A stretch of 64,000 nt of DNA from an uncultured Pantoea sp. GTDB taxonomy: Bacteria > Pseudomonadota > Gammaproteobacteria > Enterobacterales > Enterobacteriaceae. The notes under the pieces are model-generated. The model did no database searches. It was given only the letters and a program-made list of their open reading frames with translations, and was not told the origin of the DNA. The number at the start of each line of letters is the position of its first letter. The first letter of the stretch is position 1. Location: NCBI GenBank assembly GCA_966185695.1, contig CBIFUL010000010.1, positions 2,718-66,717 of the forward strand, written 5' to 3'. Below are positions 29,730 to 40,642 of this stretch, in pieces. The position numbers were made by a program, and so were the translations under genes.

Positions 29730-30567
29730 TATAGCGTTTACGCAGCTTGCTGGAGATCACATCCATGGTCATCACCACGCACACCAGAATCAGGGTCAGG
29801 AACATCACCACATCCCAGTTCCACAGGCGCATGTTTTCGGCATACACCAAGCCCACGCCGCCCGCGCCGACGAAGCCCAGCACCGCCGCCGAGCGGGTAT
29901 TCGATTCAATCTGGTACAGGCTGAGCGCGAGGAAGGTCGGGAACGATTGGGTGAAAATGCCGTAGCGGTGTTTCTGCAAACTGTTGGCGCCAACCGCGCT
30001 CAGGCCGCGGCTCGGTGAACGCTCCACCGCTTCATGCCCTTCTGCATACAGCTTGCCGAGCAGGCCGACGTCCTGCATCACAATCGCCAGCACCCCCGCC
30101 AGCGGCCCCATACCGACGGCGCGCACGAAGATCAGCCCCCAAATCGCCATGTCGATGCCGCGCAGCAGATCGAGCAAACGGCGCACCAGCAGCGAGATGG
30201 GCCGCACCAGCGGATCGTGCATCACGTTCCGCGCCGCAAGGAACGAGATCGGCAGCGCAATCAGCGAAGCGGTCAGCGTACCGGCAAACACAATCGCCAG
30301 CGTGATGCCGACCTGCTGGAAGTAGTAGCCAAACGGCCAGTTGATGAAATCCTGCCACACAAACATGCGCAGAAAATAGCGGCTGAGCTGCTGGCAGCCG
30401 GTGATAAAGCGGCTCCACTCAATGCCAAACACGCCGAAGAAAAACAGGTAATAGAGCAGGATAGCAATGGCGACAATCGCCACGCGGCGCAGATAACGCC
30501 CTTGCGCGTTGAACAGCGCGGCGTGTTCCTGCTTGAGTTTGGCGATATCCGGGGCAAGCGCAATCAT
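29683..30567 (-). CDS. phnE: Phosphonate ABC permease PhnE (second copy)
   Basis: EAA-like LYAEGHEAVE, YQIESNTRSAAVLGFVGAGG. Confidence 0.9.
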   Translation of the reverse strand: MIALAPDIAKLKQEHAALFNAQGRYLRRVAIVAIAILLYYLFFFGVFGIEWSRFITGCQQLSRYFLRMFVWQDFINWPFGYYFQQVGITLAIVFAGTLTASLIALPISFLAARNVMHDPLVRPISLLVRRLLDLLRGIDMAIWGLIFVRAVGMGPLAGVLAIVMQDVGLLGKLYAEGHEAVERSPSRGLSAVGANSLQKHRYGIFTQSFPTFLALSLYQIESNTRSAAVLGFVGAGGVGLVYAENMRLWNWDVVMFLTLILVCVVMTMDVISSKLRKRYITGKGIPLWQPAARD

Positions 30568-31427
30568 TTGACCTCTCCTTCTACCACGCGACGGCGCAGC
30601 CAGCCGGAGAGCGTATCCAGCAGCGACACCACCACAATGATCAGCAGCAGCGTGATGCTGACCTGATCGTAACGATCGAGTTTGATGTTGGTCATCAGCT
30701 CCTGGCCGATGCCCCCCGCGCCGACCAGCCCGAGAATGGTTGAGGAGCGGAAGTTAATCTCCAGCCGCATAAAGCTGTAGGAGAGAAACGTCGGTTTGAC
30801 CTGCGGCCAGAAGGCGAAGCGCATGCGTTGCAGCTTGCTGGCGCCGCAGGCGGCGAGGCCGCGCACCGGTTTGTCGGAGGCGCTTTCAATCGCTTCGTAA
30901 AACAGTTTGGTCAGGCTGCCGATGGTGTGCAGCGCCAGCGCGAGGAAGCCGGGAATGGCACCAATGCCGAACGCCATCACAAACATCACCGCCCACGCCA
31001 GCTCCGGCATGGTACGCAGGAAGGCGACAAAGGCGCGAATGCCGACGCGCAGGCTGCGCGGCGTTTGCGTGTTGTCGGCGGCGAAGAACGCCAGCACGCC
31101 CGCCACCGCCACCGCGATAATGGTCGACGACAGCGCCAGCTGGAGGGTTTCCCAAATCAGCGGCAGCTGGAAGTGCAGGCGATAGCCCCAATACGCCAGC
31201 GAACCTTCGGTTTTCACATCGGAAAACAGCACCGAGAGATGCAGCACCGGGAAGGTTTCGCCAATGTAGTCAAAGAAGTGCGGCAGCGAGTGCCAGACGG
31301 TCATCAGGTTGAATTCCGCCATGTTGCCCGCGGCAAGATACAGCGCCACCAACAGCAGCGACCACAGCAGCGAGTCGCGCTTTTGCTGGCGGCGGATGCG
31401 TTGATAGTAGTGTTCGAAATCGGTCAA
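30564..31427 (-). CDS. phnE: Phosphonate ABC permease PhnE (first copy)
   Basis: RTMPELAWA, KLFYEAIE, RLEINFRSSTILGLVGAGGIG; likely TTG start at 31427. Confidence 0.9.
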   Translation of the reverse strand: MTDFEHYYQRIRRQQKRDSLLWSLLLVALYLAAGNMAEFNLMTVWHSLPHFFDYIGETFPVLHLSVLFSDVKTEGSLAYWGYRLHFQLPLIWETLQLALSSTIIAVAVAGVLAFFAADNTQTPRSLRVGIRAFVAFLRTMPELAWAVMFVMAFGIGAIPGFLALALHTIGSLTKLFYEAIESASDKPVRGLAACGASKLQRMRFAFWPQVKPTFLSYSFMRLEINFRSSTILGLVGAGGIGQELMTNIKLDRYDQVSITLLLIIVVVSLLDTLSGWLRRRVVEGEVK

Positions 31428-31488
31428 GGGGGATGTCCTGTGGTAGGTGCTCGTGCAGTGTCGCGGGTTTGCAAATGGGTACAACAGG

Positions 31489-31562
31489 GTAGCGGCGCAA
31501 TTTATTGCGCGTCTGACAGCAACTCAGACGCTGCAAGAATGCGCGATAAATCGCGCCGCTAC
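31489..31562. repeat. REP pair (family 2) between phnD and phnE
   Basis: GTAGCGGCGCAATTTATTGCGC ... GCGCGATAAATCGCGCCGCTAC. Confidence 0.9.
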
Positions 31563-31578
31563 AGTAATGAAGAGTGAA

Positions 31579-32508
31579 TTATCCGCGTGCGCCTTTCGCC
31601 AGATCGCGCTTCATATCAATGATTTCCTGATAATCCGCTACCGAAGCCGGGCCAATGTGCTGCTTGCCACCCACCGCTTTCACGAAGCAGCTGTGATCGT
31701 ATTTATCCAGCTTCTTGATGGCGGCAACCACCTTGGCTTTGAAATCTTCCGGCAAATGGTTGCTCACCAGAATCGGGCCGTTCGGAATCAGCGGCGACTG
31801 CCAGATGATGCGAATTTTCTTCATCAGGTCTTGGTGCTCAGGCAGACGCAACATGCGGCCAAACGCACCCGAGGTGTAACCGGTGTTGTAGTCACCAATC
31901 ATCGAGGTCCAGGTCACCGCGCCTTCAAACTGGCCGTTCAGCACGCCGAGGATGTCCTGCTCGTGGCCGCCCGAGAAGGTCACGCTGGAGAAGGTGTTGT
32001 TGTACTTGTCATCCACCGTGCCGCCAAACTCCTTCTTGAACGCCTGGTTTGGCATCAGGAAGCCCGAGGTGGAATCGGGATCCGCCATACCAAAAGATTT
32101 GCCTTTCAGGTCTTCCAGCTTTTTGTACGGGCTGTCGGCTTTGACAATCACCACCGAGTGATATCCCTGGGACTTATCGGTGTCATCCACCAAAATCCCT
32201 ACCACATCCACCGCTTTCTCATCTTTCAGGTACACCGAGGCGTAAGAGGCGGGCGACATGCTCAACACCATATCAATCTTGTTGCCCAGCAGGCCCTGAA
32301 TCACGCCGGAATAGTCAGACGAGTTGCGCATTTTGGTATCGACATTCAGCTCTTTGTCGAAGAAATCCTTTACACATTGGTTATCGCCAATCTGCTGAGT
32401 GGCGTTCTGCCCACCCAAAATCCCCAGATTCAGCTCTTTTGGTGCATCCGCTGCCTGCGCGCCAAAGGTGATTAAGCCAGTCAGTAAAGCTAAAGAAGTC
32501 AGTTTCAT
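31579..32508 (-). CDS. phnD: Phosphonate ABC substrate-binding protein
   Basis: Signal peptide, GYHSVVIVKADS, DPDSTSGFLMP, GGHEQ, SPLIPNGP. Confidence 0.9.
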   Translation of the reverse strand: MKLTSLALLTGLITFGAQAADAPKELNLGILGGQNATQQIGDNQCVKDFFDKELNVDTKMRNSSDYSGVIQGLLGNKIDMVLSMSPASYASVYLKDEKAVDVVGILVDDTDKSQGYHSVVIVKADSPYKKLEDLKGKSFGMADPDSTSGFLMPNQAFKKEFGGTVDDKYNNTFSSVTFSGGHEQDILGVLNGQFEGAVTWTSMIGDYNTGYTSGAFGRMLRLPEHQDLMKKIRIIWQSPLIPNGPILVSNHLPEDFKAKVVAAIKKLDKYDHSCFVKAVGGKQHIGPASVADYQEIIDMKRDLAKGARG

Positions 32509-32535
32509 GCGTGGTTTTTCTCTTGCCGTGGGAAG

Positions 32536-33366
32536 TTAGTGGATCTGATTAATTTCGTCGCCGTACAGCGCGTGCATCAAGCCGTCGGTCAAACCTGAAG
32601 GGTGTCCGTCATACAGCACCTTGCCGCACTGAATGCCGATCACGCGGGTGCAATACTGCTTCACCAATTCAATCGAGTGCAGGTTCACCATCACGCTAAT
32701 GCCCTGCTCGCTCACCTGTTGCAGCACATCCATGATGCGCTTGGTGTTTTTCGGATCGAGCGACGCCACCGGCTCATCCGCCAGCAGGATGCGCGGGTTC
32801 TGCATCAGCGCCCGGCAAATCGCCACGCGCTGCATCTGTCCGCCGGAGAGGTTTTCCGCGCGTTGCAGCGCCTGCGGCAGCATGTTCATCCACTGCAACA
32901 GTTCAATGGCGTGGGCGCGATCCGCTTCGGAGAACACTTTGAAGAAGGATTTCAGGGTAGAAGTCTGGCTCAAACGGCCCAGCAGCACGTTGGTCAGCAC
33001 ATCGAGACGCGGCACCAGACAGAAGTCCTGGAAAATCATGCCGCATTCGCTGCGCCACTCGCGCATCTGGCGGCTGTTGAGCGTCACCACATTGCGATCC
33101 GCTTCGCCCTGATGCTGGCTGAAAATCGCGCCGTGCGAGGCGCTGATGGTGCCGTTGAGCATGTGTAACAGCGTCGATTTGCCTGCGCCTGAGCGACCAA
33201 TCACGGCCACCAGCTCGCCCGCATGCAGATCGAAGCTGACGTTATCCAGCACGCGGTTTTCACCGTAGCTTTTGCACAATCCTTGCACCGACAACACTTT
33301 GCTGCCCTGCCCGCTGTGCGGGACGTAAGGATTGTCGATAACGGTTTTCAGTAATGCTTGTGCCAT
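32536..33366 (-). CDS. phnC: Phosphonate ABC ATP-binding protein
   Basis: [43 protein letters not shown]. Confidence 0.93.
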   Translation of the reverse strand: MAQALLKTVIDNPYVPHSGQGSKVLSVQGLCKSYGENRVLDNVSFDLHAGELVAVIGRSGAGKSTLLHMLNGTISASHGAIFSQHQGEADRNVVTLNSRQMREWRSECGMIFQDFCLVPRLDVLTNVLLGRLSQTSTLKSFFKVFSEADRAHAIELLQWMNMLPQALQRAENLSGGQMQRVAICRALMQNPRILLADEPVASLDPKNTKRIMDVLQQVSEQGISVMVNLHSIELVKQYCTRVIGIQCGKVLYDGHPSGLTDGLMHALYGDEINQIH

Positions 33367-33419
33367 GTTGCACTCCGTAGCGCGGGGGACTTAATTGCAG
33401 GCTATTACGGCGATCGGGG

Positions 33420-33457
33420 ATGAAAGCTTGATGACACTTAAATGATTAAACGATGAC
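33420..33457 (-). promoter_or_regulatory. Tandem Pho boxes upstream of phnC, overlapping the phnP stop
   Basis: Minus strand GTCAT/ATCAT/GTCAT/TTCAT at an exact 11-bp period (plus-strand starts 33453, 33442, 33431, 33420). Confidence 0.75.
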
Positions 33458-34216
33458 AGCATGCGCCGAGCCGACAGCGATCTGTTGGCCGTCGCCCGCC
33501 GCCTGCACGTTGTCCGGCAGCGTGTGATTCAGCAGCCAGGCATCCATCTCGTGACTGAGATGAATCAGCCAGGCCTGGCGCGGCGCTAAGCGTCCGATGA
33601 TCTGTAATGCGCGCGTGACGTCATTGTGGTTGCGCACCGTGGCGCGCGGCGGGTCGTTGCAGTCGATCACCAGCTGATCGAGCGGCTGATCCTGCAAAAA
33701 TTCGGCGGTCTCCGGCGGCAAGCCGCAGGTATCACACAGCCACGCCAGCCGCGTGCCGTGCCAGTCAAACAGATAGCCGTGGGTGAGTTTGGAGTGTTGC
33801 AGCGGCAGCGGCGTCACCTGCAATGCACCGAAGCGGTGCGGCACGAACGGCGTGAGCGGCGGGCGGAAGTCGAGCAGTCCGGGATGTTTCAGCAGGTCAT
33901 CGCAGCCGCGCTCGTCGGGCGGTGCCCACACCGGAATCGGCGCGCCCACGCCCCAGCGCAGGCTAAACAATCCCGCCACGTGATCCATGTGAAAGTGGGT
34001 GAGCAAGATGCGGCTGATGTCGCCGGGGTGGAAACGCTGGTGCAGATCGGGTAAACCGGCATCGAGCAGAATGCGTTCGCTGCCGGTATCGATCAGCGCG
34101 CTGGTCGGGCCGCGTGCGCGACGCGGTTCCCGGCGTGCGCGGGCGCAGGCGTAGCAAGCACAGCCGAACAGCGGCGCAGACTGCACGCCGCCGGTACCAA
34201 GGAAAGTGAGTTTCAT
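33446..34216 (-). CDS. phnP: Phosphoribosyl 1,2-cyclic phosphate phosphodiesterase
   Basis: LGTGG, CACYAC, THFHMDH (metallo-beta-lactamase motif), IHLSH. Confidence 0.93.
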   Translation of the reverse strand: MKLTFLGTGGVQSAPLFGCACYACARARREPRRARGPTSALIDTGSERILLDAGLPDLHQRFHPGDISRILLTHFHMDHVAGLFSLRWGVGAPIPVWAPPDERGCDDLLKHPGLLDFRPPLTPFVPHRFGALQVTPLPLQHSKLTHGYLFDWHGTRLAWLCDTCGLPPETAEFLQDQPLDQLVIDCNDPPRATVRNHNDVTRALQIIGRLAPRQAWLIHLSHEMDAWLLNHTLPDNVQAAGDGQQIAVGSAHAVIV

Positions 34217-34749
34217 GGCGGATGCTCCAGCAGTTGGCGCAGCCGTTCGAGCGTGTCGCTCAGCGCGCCATCGTTATTGAGCGGATGGCAATGCGCAGGC
34301 AACGATTCTGCCGCGCGCGCCAGCCGTTGGGCAATCTCGGCTTCACTTTCACGTCCGCGCTGGCGCAGCCGCGCTGCCAGCACCGCCGGCGACACCTGCA
34401 ACACCAGCGGCAGCAGCTGCGCGCCGTAACGCTGCTGCGCCATCGGCAGGTGCAGACGTGAACCGTTGACCAGCACATTCAGGCCGCGCGCCAGCCAGCA
34501 ATCGATCTCCTCTCCCAGCCCGTAACGCAGGCCGTGCGCCTGCCAGCTGATGGCAAATAGACCTAGCGCTTCGCGCCGCTGAAATTCAGCTTCGCTCAGC
34601 GCCACATGGTTCTCGCCACCGGCGTCAGCGGCGCGCGTGATGTAGCGATGGGCGATCACCAACTGCGGCGGCGGCGCTTCACGCAGCGCGTTCAACAAAC
34701 TGTCTTTACCCGAGCCTGAAGGCCCGGTGAGCCAGATCAGCCGCGCCAT
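34213..34749 (-). CDS. phnN: Ribose 1,5-bisphosphokinase
   Basis: [24 protein letters not shown]. Confidence 0.93.
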   Translation of the reverse strand: MARLIWLTGPSGSGKDSLLNALREAPPPQLVIAHRYITRAADAGGENHVALSEAEFQRREALGLFAISWQAHGLRYGLGEEIDCWLARGLNVLVNGSRLHLPMAQQRYGAQLLPLVLQVSPAVLAARLRQRGRESEAEIAQRLARAAESLPAHCHPLNNDGALSDTLERLRQLLEHPP

Positions 34750-35885
34750 CAGAACACCCTCTTGCCTTGCGACCAGACGTGGCGAATGTGTGGATGGCCA
34801 TGCTCGGTATGCGCCAGCACCAGATCGGCGCGCAGCCCTTCGGCAATCATGCCGCGATCGTGCAGGCCGATAGCGCGCGCCGGATTGCGCGTCACCAGCG
34901 CGGCCGCCTGCGGCAGCGTCAGGGTGTTGCGCTCATCCGCCACCAAACGGAATACCGCATCAAGCAGGCTCGCCGGGTAATAGTCGGAGGAGAGAATATC
35001 CAGCACGCCGTGGCTGGCGAGATCCGCCGCCGCGACGTTGCCGGAGTGCGAACCGCCGCGCACGATATTTGGCGCGCCCATCAGCACCTGCATCCCGCAG
35101 GCGCGCGAGGCGCGTGCCGCTTCCAGCGTGGTGGGGAATTCGGCAATCGCGCTGCCCACCGCGTGCGATTCCGCCACGTGCGCCGCCGTGGCATCGTCGT
35201 GGCTGGCGAGGGGAATACCGCGATCGCGGCACAGCTGGGCGATAGCGTTGCGGTTCGGCGTCGAAAACTCAGCGGCCAGCGCCAGCTGCTCACGCTCGAA
35301 TTGATCCATCTGCGCATCATTAAGCGAATATTTGCCCTGATAATAGGTGCGATACATCGCCAGCGACGCGTACTGGCGCTGACCCGGCGAGTGATCCATC
35401 AGGGAAACCAGCGCCAGCTCCGGCGTGCTCATCAGCGCTTCAAACAGCGGCAGCGTGGTGTGGTGCGGCAGCTCGCAGCGCAGATGCAGCTGATGATCGG
35501 CGCGGTTAATGCCTTTGCGGTTGCTGCTCTGAATCGCATCGATCATTTTGGTGAGGTTATCCAGGCGATGACCGCCGTCGCGCACGTCGCCGACGCCAAT
35601 CGCATCCAGCACCGTGGTAATGCCGCTGGCGACCATCAGCGCATCGTGGCTGCTCATCGCCGAGTGCGCTGGCCAATCAACTTTCGGGCGCGGGGTAAAA
35701 AATTTGTCGAGGTTGTCAGTGTGCAACTCCACCAGGCCCGGCAGCAGGAAGGCATTTTCGCCGTCCAGCGCGCCCGGCAGCTGGCTGGTGCTGTCGCTAA
35801 AGCTGGCAATGCGGCCGTCGCGTATCTCCAGCGACCCGCGCACCACGTCCTGTTCCAGCACCAGCTGGACGTTATTGACGATCAT
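34749..35885 (-). CDS. phnM: Alpha-D-ribose 1-methylphosphonate 5-triphosphate diphosphatase
   Basis: [40 protein letters not shown]. Confidence 0.95.
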   Translation of the reverse strand: MIVNNVQLVLEQDVVRGSLEIRDGRIASFSDSTSQLPGALDGENAFLLPGLVELHTDNLDKFFTPRPKVDWPAHSAMSSHDALMVASGITTVLDAIGVGDVRDGGHRLDNLTKMIDAIQSSNRKGINRADHQLHLRCELPHHTTLPLFEALMSTPELALVSLMDHSPGQRQYASLAMYRTYYQGKYSLNDAQMDQFEREQLALAAEFSTPNRNAIAQLCRDRGIPLASHDDATAAHVAESHAVGSAIAEFPTTLEAARASRACGMQVLMGAPNIVRGGSHSGNVAAADLASHGVLDILSSDYYPASLLDAVFRLVADERNTLTLPQAAALVTRNPARAIGLHDRGMIAEGLRADLVLAHTEHGHPHIRHVWSQGKRVF

Positions 35886-36586
35886 GCTTCTGCTCCTGTT
35901 TTCATCGGCTGCATCACGTGCAGACGATCGGCCACACGCTCGCGCACCGCTTCATCATGGAAAATGCCGACAATCGCGGCCCCGCGCGCGCGCGCCTGCG
36001 CAATCAGCTCCACCACTGCCGTGCTGTTGGCGCTGTCGAGCGAGGCGGTCGGCTCATCCAGCAGCAGCACCGGATAATCAGCGATAAAGCCGCGCGCAAT
36101 ATTGACGCGCTGCTGCTCGCCGCCGGAGAAGGTGGAAGGTGCCAGCGACCACAAACGTTCCGGTACATTGAGGCGCGTCAGCAGCGCTTTGGCGCGCTGC
36201 TCACACAAGCCGCGATCCACGCCGCGCTCCAGCAGCGGCTGCATAACGATGTCCAGCGTGGGCACGCGCGGAATGACGCGCAAAAACTGGCTGACCCAGC
36301 CGACGGTGCGCAGACGAATCGCAAGGATTTGACGCGCAGGCGCGTTCGCCATGTCGATCCATTCGCCCTGATGTTGCAACCAGATGTGGCCGCTGTTGGC
36401 TTGGTAATTGCCGTACAGCGCGCGCAGCAGGGTCGATTTTCCGCTGCCGGAGCGTCCGTGCAGCACCACACATTCGCCCGCGCTGACCTCAAGATTGGCG
36501 TCCTGCAATACCGGCAGCGCGGCGCTGCTCTGATTGTGCAGCACAAAGGTTTTGCTCAAATTCTCTACGCGCAATAAAGGTTGCAT
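35882..36586 (-). CDS. phnL: C-P lyase system ATP-binding protein PhnL
   Basis: [40 protein letters not shown]; ATG at 36586. Confidence 0.93.
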   Translation of the reverse strand: MQPLLRVENLSKTFVLHNQSSAALPVLQDANLEVSAGECVVLHGRSGSGKSTLLRALYGNYQANSGHIWLQHQGEWIDMANAPARQILAIRLRTVGWVSQFLRVIPRVPTLDIVMQPLLERGVDRGLCEQRAKALLTRLNVPERLWSLAPSTFSGGEQQRVNIARGFIADYPVLLLDEPTASLDSANSTAVVELIAQARARGAAIVGIFHDEAVRERVADRLHVMQPMKTGAEA

Positions 36587-36642
36587 GTTGATGTCCTGAT
36601 GAAAGAGAAAGGATGTCATCCAAACGGTGCGTGCTTTTTCCA

Positions 36643-36734
36643 GGTCGCCATAAATGGCGACCCTACAAGATGCGGTACGCCTGGCAAACGCTGCATATCG
36701 TTTCGGCGTCGTAGGGTGCGCATTCATGCGCACC
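36643..36734. repeat. REP-B/REP-A pair (family 1) between phnK and phnL
   Basis: ggtcgccataaatggcgaccctac ... gtagggtgcgcattcatgcgcacc. Confidence 0.9.
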
Positions 36735-36746
36735 TGGCAACATCGG

Positions 36747-37508
36747 CTACGCCAGCACCGACGACACCAGCAATTGGGTGTACGGATGATGCGGATCGTC
36801 CAACACGCGATCGGTTAACCCGCTCTCAACGACTCTGCCCTGCTTCATCACCAACAAGCGGTGCGCTAATAAACGCGCCACGCCGAGATCGTGGGTGACA
36901 ATGACCACCGCCAGATTCAGCTCGCGCACCAGCGTGCGCAGCAGATCCAGCAGACGCGCCTGCACCGACACATCCAACCCGCCGGTCGGCTCATCCATAA
37001 ACACCAGCCTCGGCTGCGTCACCAGATTGCGCGCAATTTGCAAACGCTGCTGCATGCCGCCAGAAAACGTTGTTGGCAAATCATCAATGCGGTTGGCGGG
37101 GATTTCGACCTCCTGCAACCAGCGCATCGCCTCCTGGCGAATATCGCCGTAATGGCGCTGTCCCACCGCCATTAAACGCTCGCCGATATTGCCGCCCGCC
37201 GTGACCTGTGGACGCAGCCCGTCCAGCGGATGCTGATGCACTACGCCCCATTCGGTGCGCAGCAACCGGCGGCGATCGCTCTCGCTCAGCTGATACAAAT
37301 CCTGTGCGCGGTACAAAATGTGGCCCTGCTGCGGCGCTAAGCGCGCCGACAGGCTGCGCAGCAAGGTGGTTTTGCCCGAGCCGGACTCCCCGACAATCCC
37401 CAGCACTTCGCCGGGATAGAGTTCAAAACTGACCTCCTCAAAGCCTTTGCCGGGCGCATAAAGGTGGGTCAACTTGTTCACCGCGAGCAGCGGCTGTTCA
37501 CTGTGCAT
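36747..37508 (-). CDS. phnK: C-P lyase system ATP-binding protein PhnK
   Basis: [35 protein letters not shown]; ATG at 37508. Confidence 0.94.
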   Translation of the reverse strand: MHSEQPLLAVNKLTHLYAPGKGFEEVSFELYPGEVLGIVGESGSGKTTLLRSLSARLAPQQGHILYRAQDLYQLSESDRRRLLRTEWGVVHQHPLDGLRPQVTAGGNIGERLMAVGQRHYGDIRQEAMRWLQEVEIPANRIDDLPTTFSGGMQQRLQIARNLVTQPRLVFMDEPTGGLDVSVQARLLDLLRTLVRELNLAVVIVTHDLGVARLLAHRLLVMKQGRVVESGLTDRVLDDPHHPYTQLLVSSVLA

Positions 37509-38346
37509 GCTGTTGTTCCTGCTGCTGGTGGCAAAAATCGGTATCGGAGCATACGAACATGCGCGATCCGGCATCATCCATCACCACTTCATCGAGATAG
37601 CTGTGGCGCGAGCCGCACAGTGCGCACGGCGCGTCCCAGCTCTGCACGCTGAAGGGATGATCGTCAAAATCGAGACTTTCGACCTGGGTAAACGGCGGCA
37701 GCGCATAGATGCGTTTCTCGCGCCCGGCACCAAACAGTTGCAGCGCGGGCATCATGTGCAACTTCGGGTTATCGAACTTGGGGATCGGCGACGGATCCAT
37801 TACGTAGCGCTGGTTGACCTTCACCGGATAGGCATAGGTGGTGGCGATGTGGCCGTAGCGGGCGATGTCTTCATACAGTTTCACCTGCATGATGCCGTAC
37901 TCCTCCAGCGCGTGCATGGTGCGGGTTTCGGTTTCGCGCGGCTCGATAAAGCGCAGCGGCTCCGGGATCGGCACCTGATAGATCAAAATCTGATCCTCCT
38001 CCAGCGGCGTTTCCGGGATGCGGTGGCGCGTTTGAATCAGCGTGGCGTCACGCGTTGCGGTGGTGGTGGCCGCGCCGCTGACGCGCTGGAAGAAGCGACG
38101 AATCGATACCGCGTTGGTGGTGTCATCCGCGCCCTGATCGATCACCTTCAGCACATCGGCATCGCCAATGATGCTGGCGGTGATCTGAATACCGCCGGTG
38201 CCCCAGCCGTAGGGCATCGGCATTTCCCGTCCGGCAAACGGCACCTGATAACCGGGGATGGCCACCGCTTTGAGGATGGCGCGGCGCAGGGTGCGCTTGG
38301 TTTGCTCATCCAGATAGCCGTTGTTATAGCCGGTTAATTCACTCAT
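37498..38346 (-). CDS. phnJ: C-P lyase radical SAM subunit
   Basis: YLDEQTKR, EMPMPYGWGTGG, CALCG...CSDTDFC cysteine cluster. Confidence 0.96.
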   Translation of the reverse strand: MSELTGYNNGYLDEQTKRTLRRAILKAVAIPGYQVPFAGREMPMPYGWGTGGIQITASIIGDADVLKVIDQGADDTTNAVSIRRFFQRVSGAATTTATRDATLIQTRHRIPETPLEEDQILIYQVPIPEPLRFIEPRETETRTMHALEEYGIMQVKLYEDIARYGHIATTYAYPVKVNQRYVMDPSPIPKFDNPKLHMMPALQLFGAGREKRIYALPPFTQVESLDFDDHPFSVQSWDAPCALCGSRHSYLDEVVMDDAGSRMFVCSDTDFCHQQQEQQHAQ

Positions 38347-39415
38347 GGTTCTGCTCCTGATGCTGCTGGCGCAGCTGTTTCAACAGCGCCAGCTCCGCCT
38401 GGAAATCGACGTAGTGCGGCAGCTTCAGGTGCGACACGAAGCCCGCCGCCTCGACGTTGTCGGCATGCGCCAGCACAAACTCCTCATCCTGCGCCGGGCC
38501 GGCAATGCGCTCATTGTGTTCCGGCGCTTGCAGCGCGCGATCCACCAGCGCCATCGCCATGGCTTTGCGCTCCGAGCGGCCAAACACCAAGCCGTAGCCG
38601 CGCGTAAAGTGCGGTGCCAGCTCGGTTTGCGTGGTGAAGCCGTTGACCATCTCGCACTCCGTCAGCAGGATTTCGCCGATTTCAATGTCAAAGCCAAGCT
38701 CTTCCGGGCAGATCGCCACGCTGAGGAAACCGGTGCGAATCTCACCGGCAAACGGATGATTGCGCCCGTAACCGCGCTGCGTTGAGTAGCCGAGCGCCAG
38801 CAGATAACCTTCGTCACCGCGCACCAGCTGCTGCAAGCGCGCCGCGCGCGTCGCCGGGTAGCCGGGCGGCTCACGCGTGATGTCGCACGGCTCGCTGCCG
38901 TCATCCTCTTCACGCGCCGCCAGGCCTTCGCGGGTCATCATGCTGAACACGTGCGGACACTGCTCCGGCAACGCCCGATCGCCGCGCGGCGCGGCGGGCG
39001 TTTCGCCATTGGCCAGCAGGGTGAAGTCCAGCAGGCGGTGGCTGTAGTCGTAGGTCGGGCCAAGCACCTGGCCGCCGGGCAGATCTTTATAAACCGCTGA
39101 GATACGGCGTTCGAGGCGCATGTTGTCGGTGGCGAGCGGCACGCTGTCGGCGAGGCGCGGCAGCGTGGTGCGATAGGCGCGCAGCAGAAAAATCGCTTCC
39201 ACCAGATCGCCGCTCGCCTGCTTGATGGCTAGCGCCGCCAGCTGCGGATCGTAGATGCCGCCTTCGGTCATGACGCGATCGACCGCTAACCCCAGCTGCT
39301 GCGCTACCTGATCGCAGCCCAGCTCCGCTACCGCACGGTCGCCACGGCGCAGATCGGCCTGTAGCGCGTGGGCGCTGGCAATCGCCTTTTCGCCGCCTTT
39401 CACCGCTACGTACAT
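38339..39415 (-). CDS. phnI: C-P lyase complex subunit PhnI
   Basis: MYVAVKGGEKAI, RRISAVYKDLPGGQ, GFVSHLKLPHYVDFQ. Confidence 0.96.
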   Translation of the reverse strand: MYVAVKGGEKAIASAHALQADLRRGDRAVAELGCDQVAQQLGLAVDRVMTEGGIYDPQLAALAIKQASGDLVEAIFLLRAYRTTLPRLADSVPLATDNMRLERRISAVYKDLPGGQVLGPTYDYSHRLLDFTLLANGETPAAPRGDRALPEQCPHVFSMMTREGLAAREEDDGSEPCDITREPPGYPATRAARLQQLVRGDEGYLLALGYSTQRGYGRNHPFAGEIRTGFLSVAICPEELGFDIEIGEILLTECEMVNGFTTQTELAPHFTRGYGLVFGRSERKAMAMALVDRALQAPEHNERIAGPAQDEEFVLAHADNVEAAGFVSHLKLPHYVDFQAELALLKQLRQQHQEQNHE

Positions 39416-39990
39416 CAGCACACCTCCACGTCGGTGGTGCGCGGCAGTGCCATCATCGCTTCACCGCAGGTGAAAATCAGATCGACGCCCTGCGGGAAAG
39501 GGTGCGGCCGCTCGCGCAGGTAGTGCAGAATGGCCTCCGGCAATTGCGGCGCGATGGCGCGCGATTCGCGCAGGCCAGGGCCGGACAAACGCAGCGTCAG
39601 GCCGCCGTTCAATGACGGCACTTCCACGATCAGCGTGGTGCTTTTTTCCGGTGCCAGGTTGTCGCCCGCTGCGAACAGCGCCGGATCGGGATTGGCTGCC
39701 GCGTGCGTCAGGGCGAACGGTGCATCGCGTTCGCTGACAATCGGCACGCCAGTGTGAAAACGCAGATTGCTGCGCACGATGTCGCTGTCAACGCGGCTGT
39801 CGATCCACAGCGCGCTCTCCTGATCCACCAGCGTCAGCAGCACGGCGGTGGCGGCGGGCGATAAATCCCCCCAACCCTGCGCCAGCGGCAGCGACACCAT
39901 CACGCCCGGCTCGCTCATGGCTTTGAGAATGCGGCGGAACGCGCGTTGGGCATCCGCCACCGGATGCGTAAAACTTGCCAGTAATGTCAT
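39415..39990 (-). CDS. phnH: C-P lyase complex subunit PhnH
   Basis: AQRAFRRILKAMSEPG, LRFHTG, ALPRTT. Confidence 0.94.
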   Translation of the reverse strand: MTLLASFTHPVADAQRAFRRILKAMSEPGVMVSLPLAQGWGDLSPAATAVLLTLVDQESALWIDSRVDSDIVRSNLRFHTGVPIVSERDAPFALTHAAANPDPALFAAGDNLAPEKSTTLIVEVPSLNGGLTLRLSGPGLRESRAIAPQLPEAILHYLRERPHPFPQGVDLIFTCGEAMMALPRTTDVEVC

Positions 39991-40064
39991 GAGTTACCTC
40001 TAAAAGACGCGCAAAACCATGGGTGATGTGCGTCAGTTAACGAGCAAAATATGTGTACTTTCTG

Positions 40065-40138
40065 GTAGCGGCGCAATTTATTGCGCTTCTTCAAGCAACG
40101 CCGTTGCTTTAGGTTCGCGCGATAAATCGCGCCGCTAC
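40065..40138. repeat. REP pair (family 2) between phnG and phnH
   Basis: GTAGCGGCGCAATTTATTGCGC ... GCGCGATAAATCGCGCCGCTAC. Confidence 0.9.
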
Positions 40139-40209
40139 CGATTGTGCGGAAAATGAATTAATTGTCGCCACGCTACCGAATGTGCGGAAAATGGGTTAAT
40201 TGTCGCCAC
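40134..40209. repeat. 38-bp direct tandem duplication covering the REP end and the phnG stop
   Basis: 40134-40171 vs 40172-40209, 35/38 identical. Confidence 0.9.
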
Positions 40210-40642
40210 GCACCAGCGTAAAGAAATCCACTTTGGAACTGGCGATTTCGCGCGCGCGCAGCTGACGCTGCTCCTCGCGCAGCGCCGCCAGCGGGGCAAT
40301 TAACTTTTCCTGCAACAGCGCCTGGGTTTCCGGCTGTTGCAGCAGTGCATCAATCAGCGCGCAGCGTTCGGCGTGGGCTTTGTCGCGCCCCAGCACGTAG
40401 CTAAAACCCAGCGTGCCGTCGTGCAGTTTCACCACCGCGCGCGTCACCGTGGCATCGCCCATCACAAAGCGTTTGCCGCTGCCGCCCATGCGCGCCTGCA
40501 GGCGCGTTAATCCGGTTTCCGCCGGACGAATCGCCTCAAACGCGGCGTTGAGGTGCAGCGGCTGCCAGTGCGCCTCCAGCGCGGCGGCGTCACTGTGCGC
40601 CAGCACCGAAAGCCAATGCTGACGCGCGGTTTGCTGTTTCAT
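40196..40642 (-). CDS. phnG: C-P lyase complex subunit PhnG
   Basis: RMGGSGKRFVMGDATVTRA, KVDFFTLVRG. Confidence 0.95.
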   Translation of the reverse strand: MKQQTARQHWLSVLAHSDAAALEAHWQPLHLNAAFEAIRPAETGLTRLQARMGGSGKRFVMGDATVTRAVVKLHDGTLGFSYVLGRDKAHAERCALIDALLQQPETQALLQEKLIAPLAALREEQRQLRAREIASSKVDFFTLVRGDN

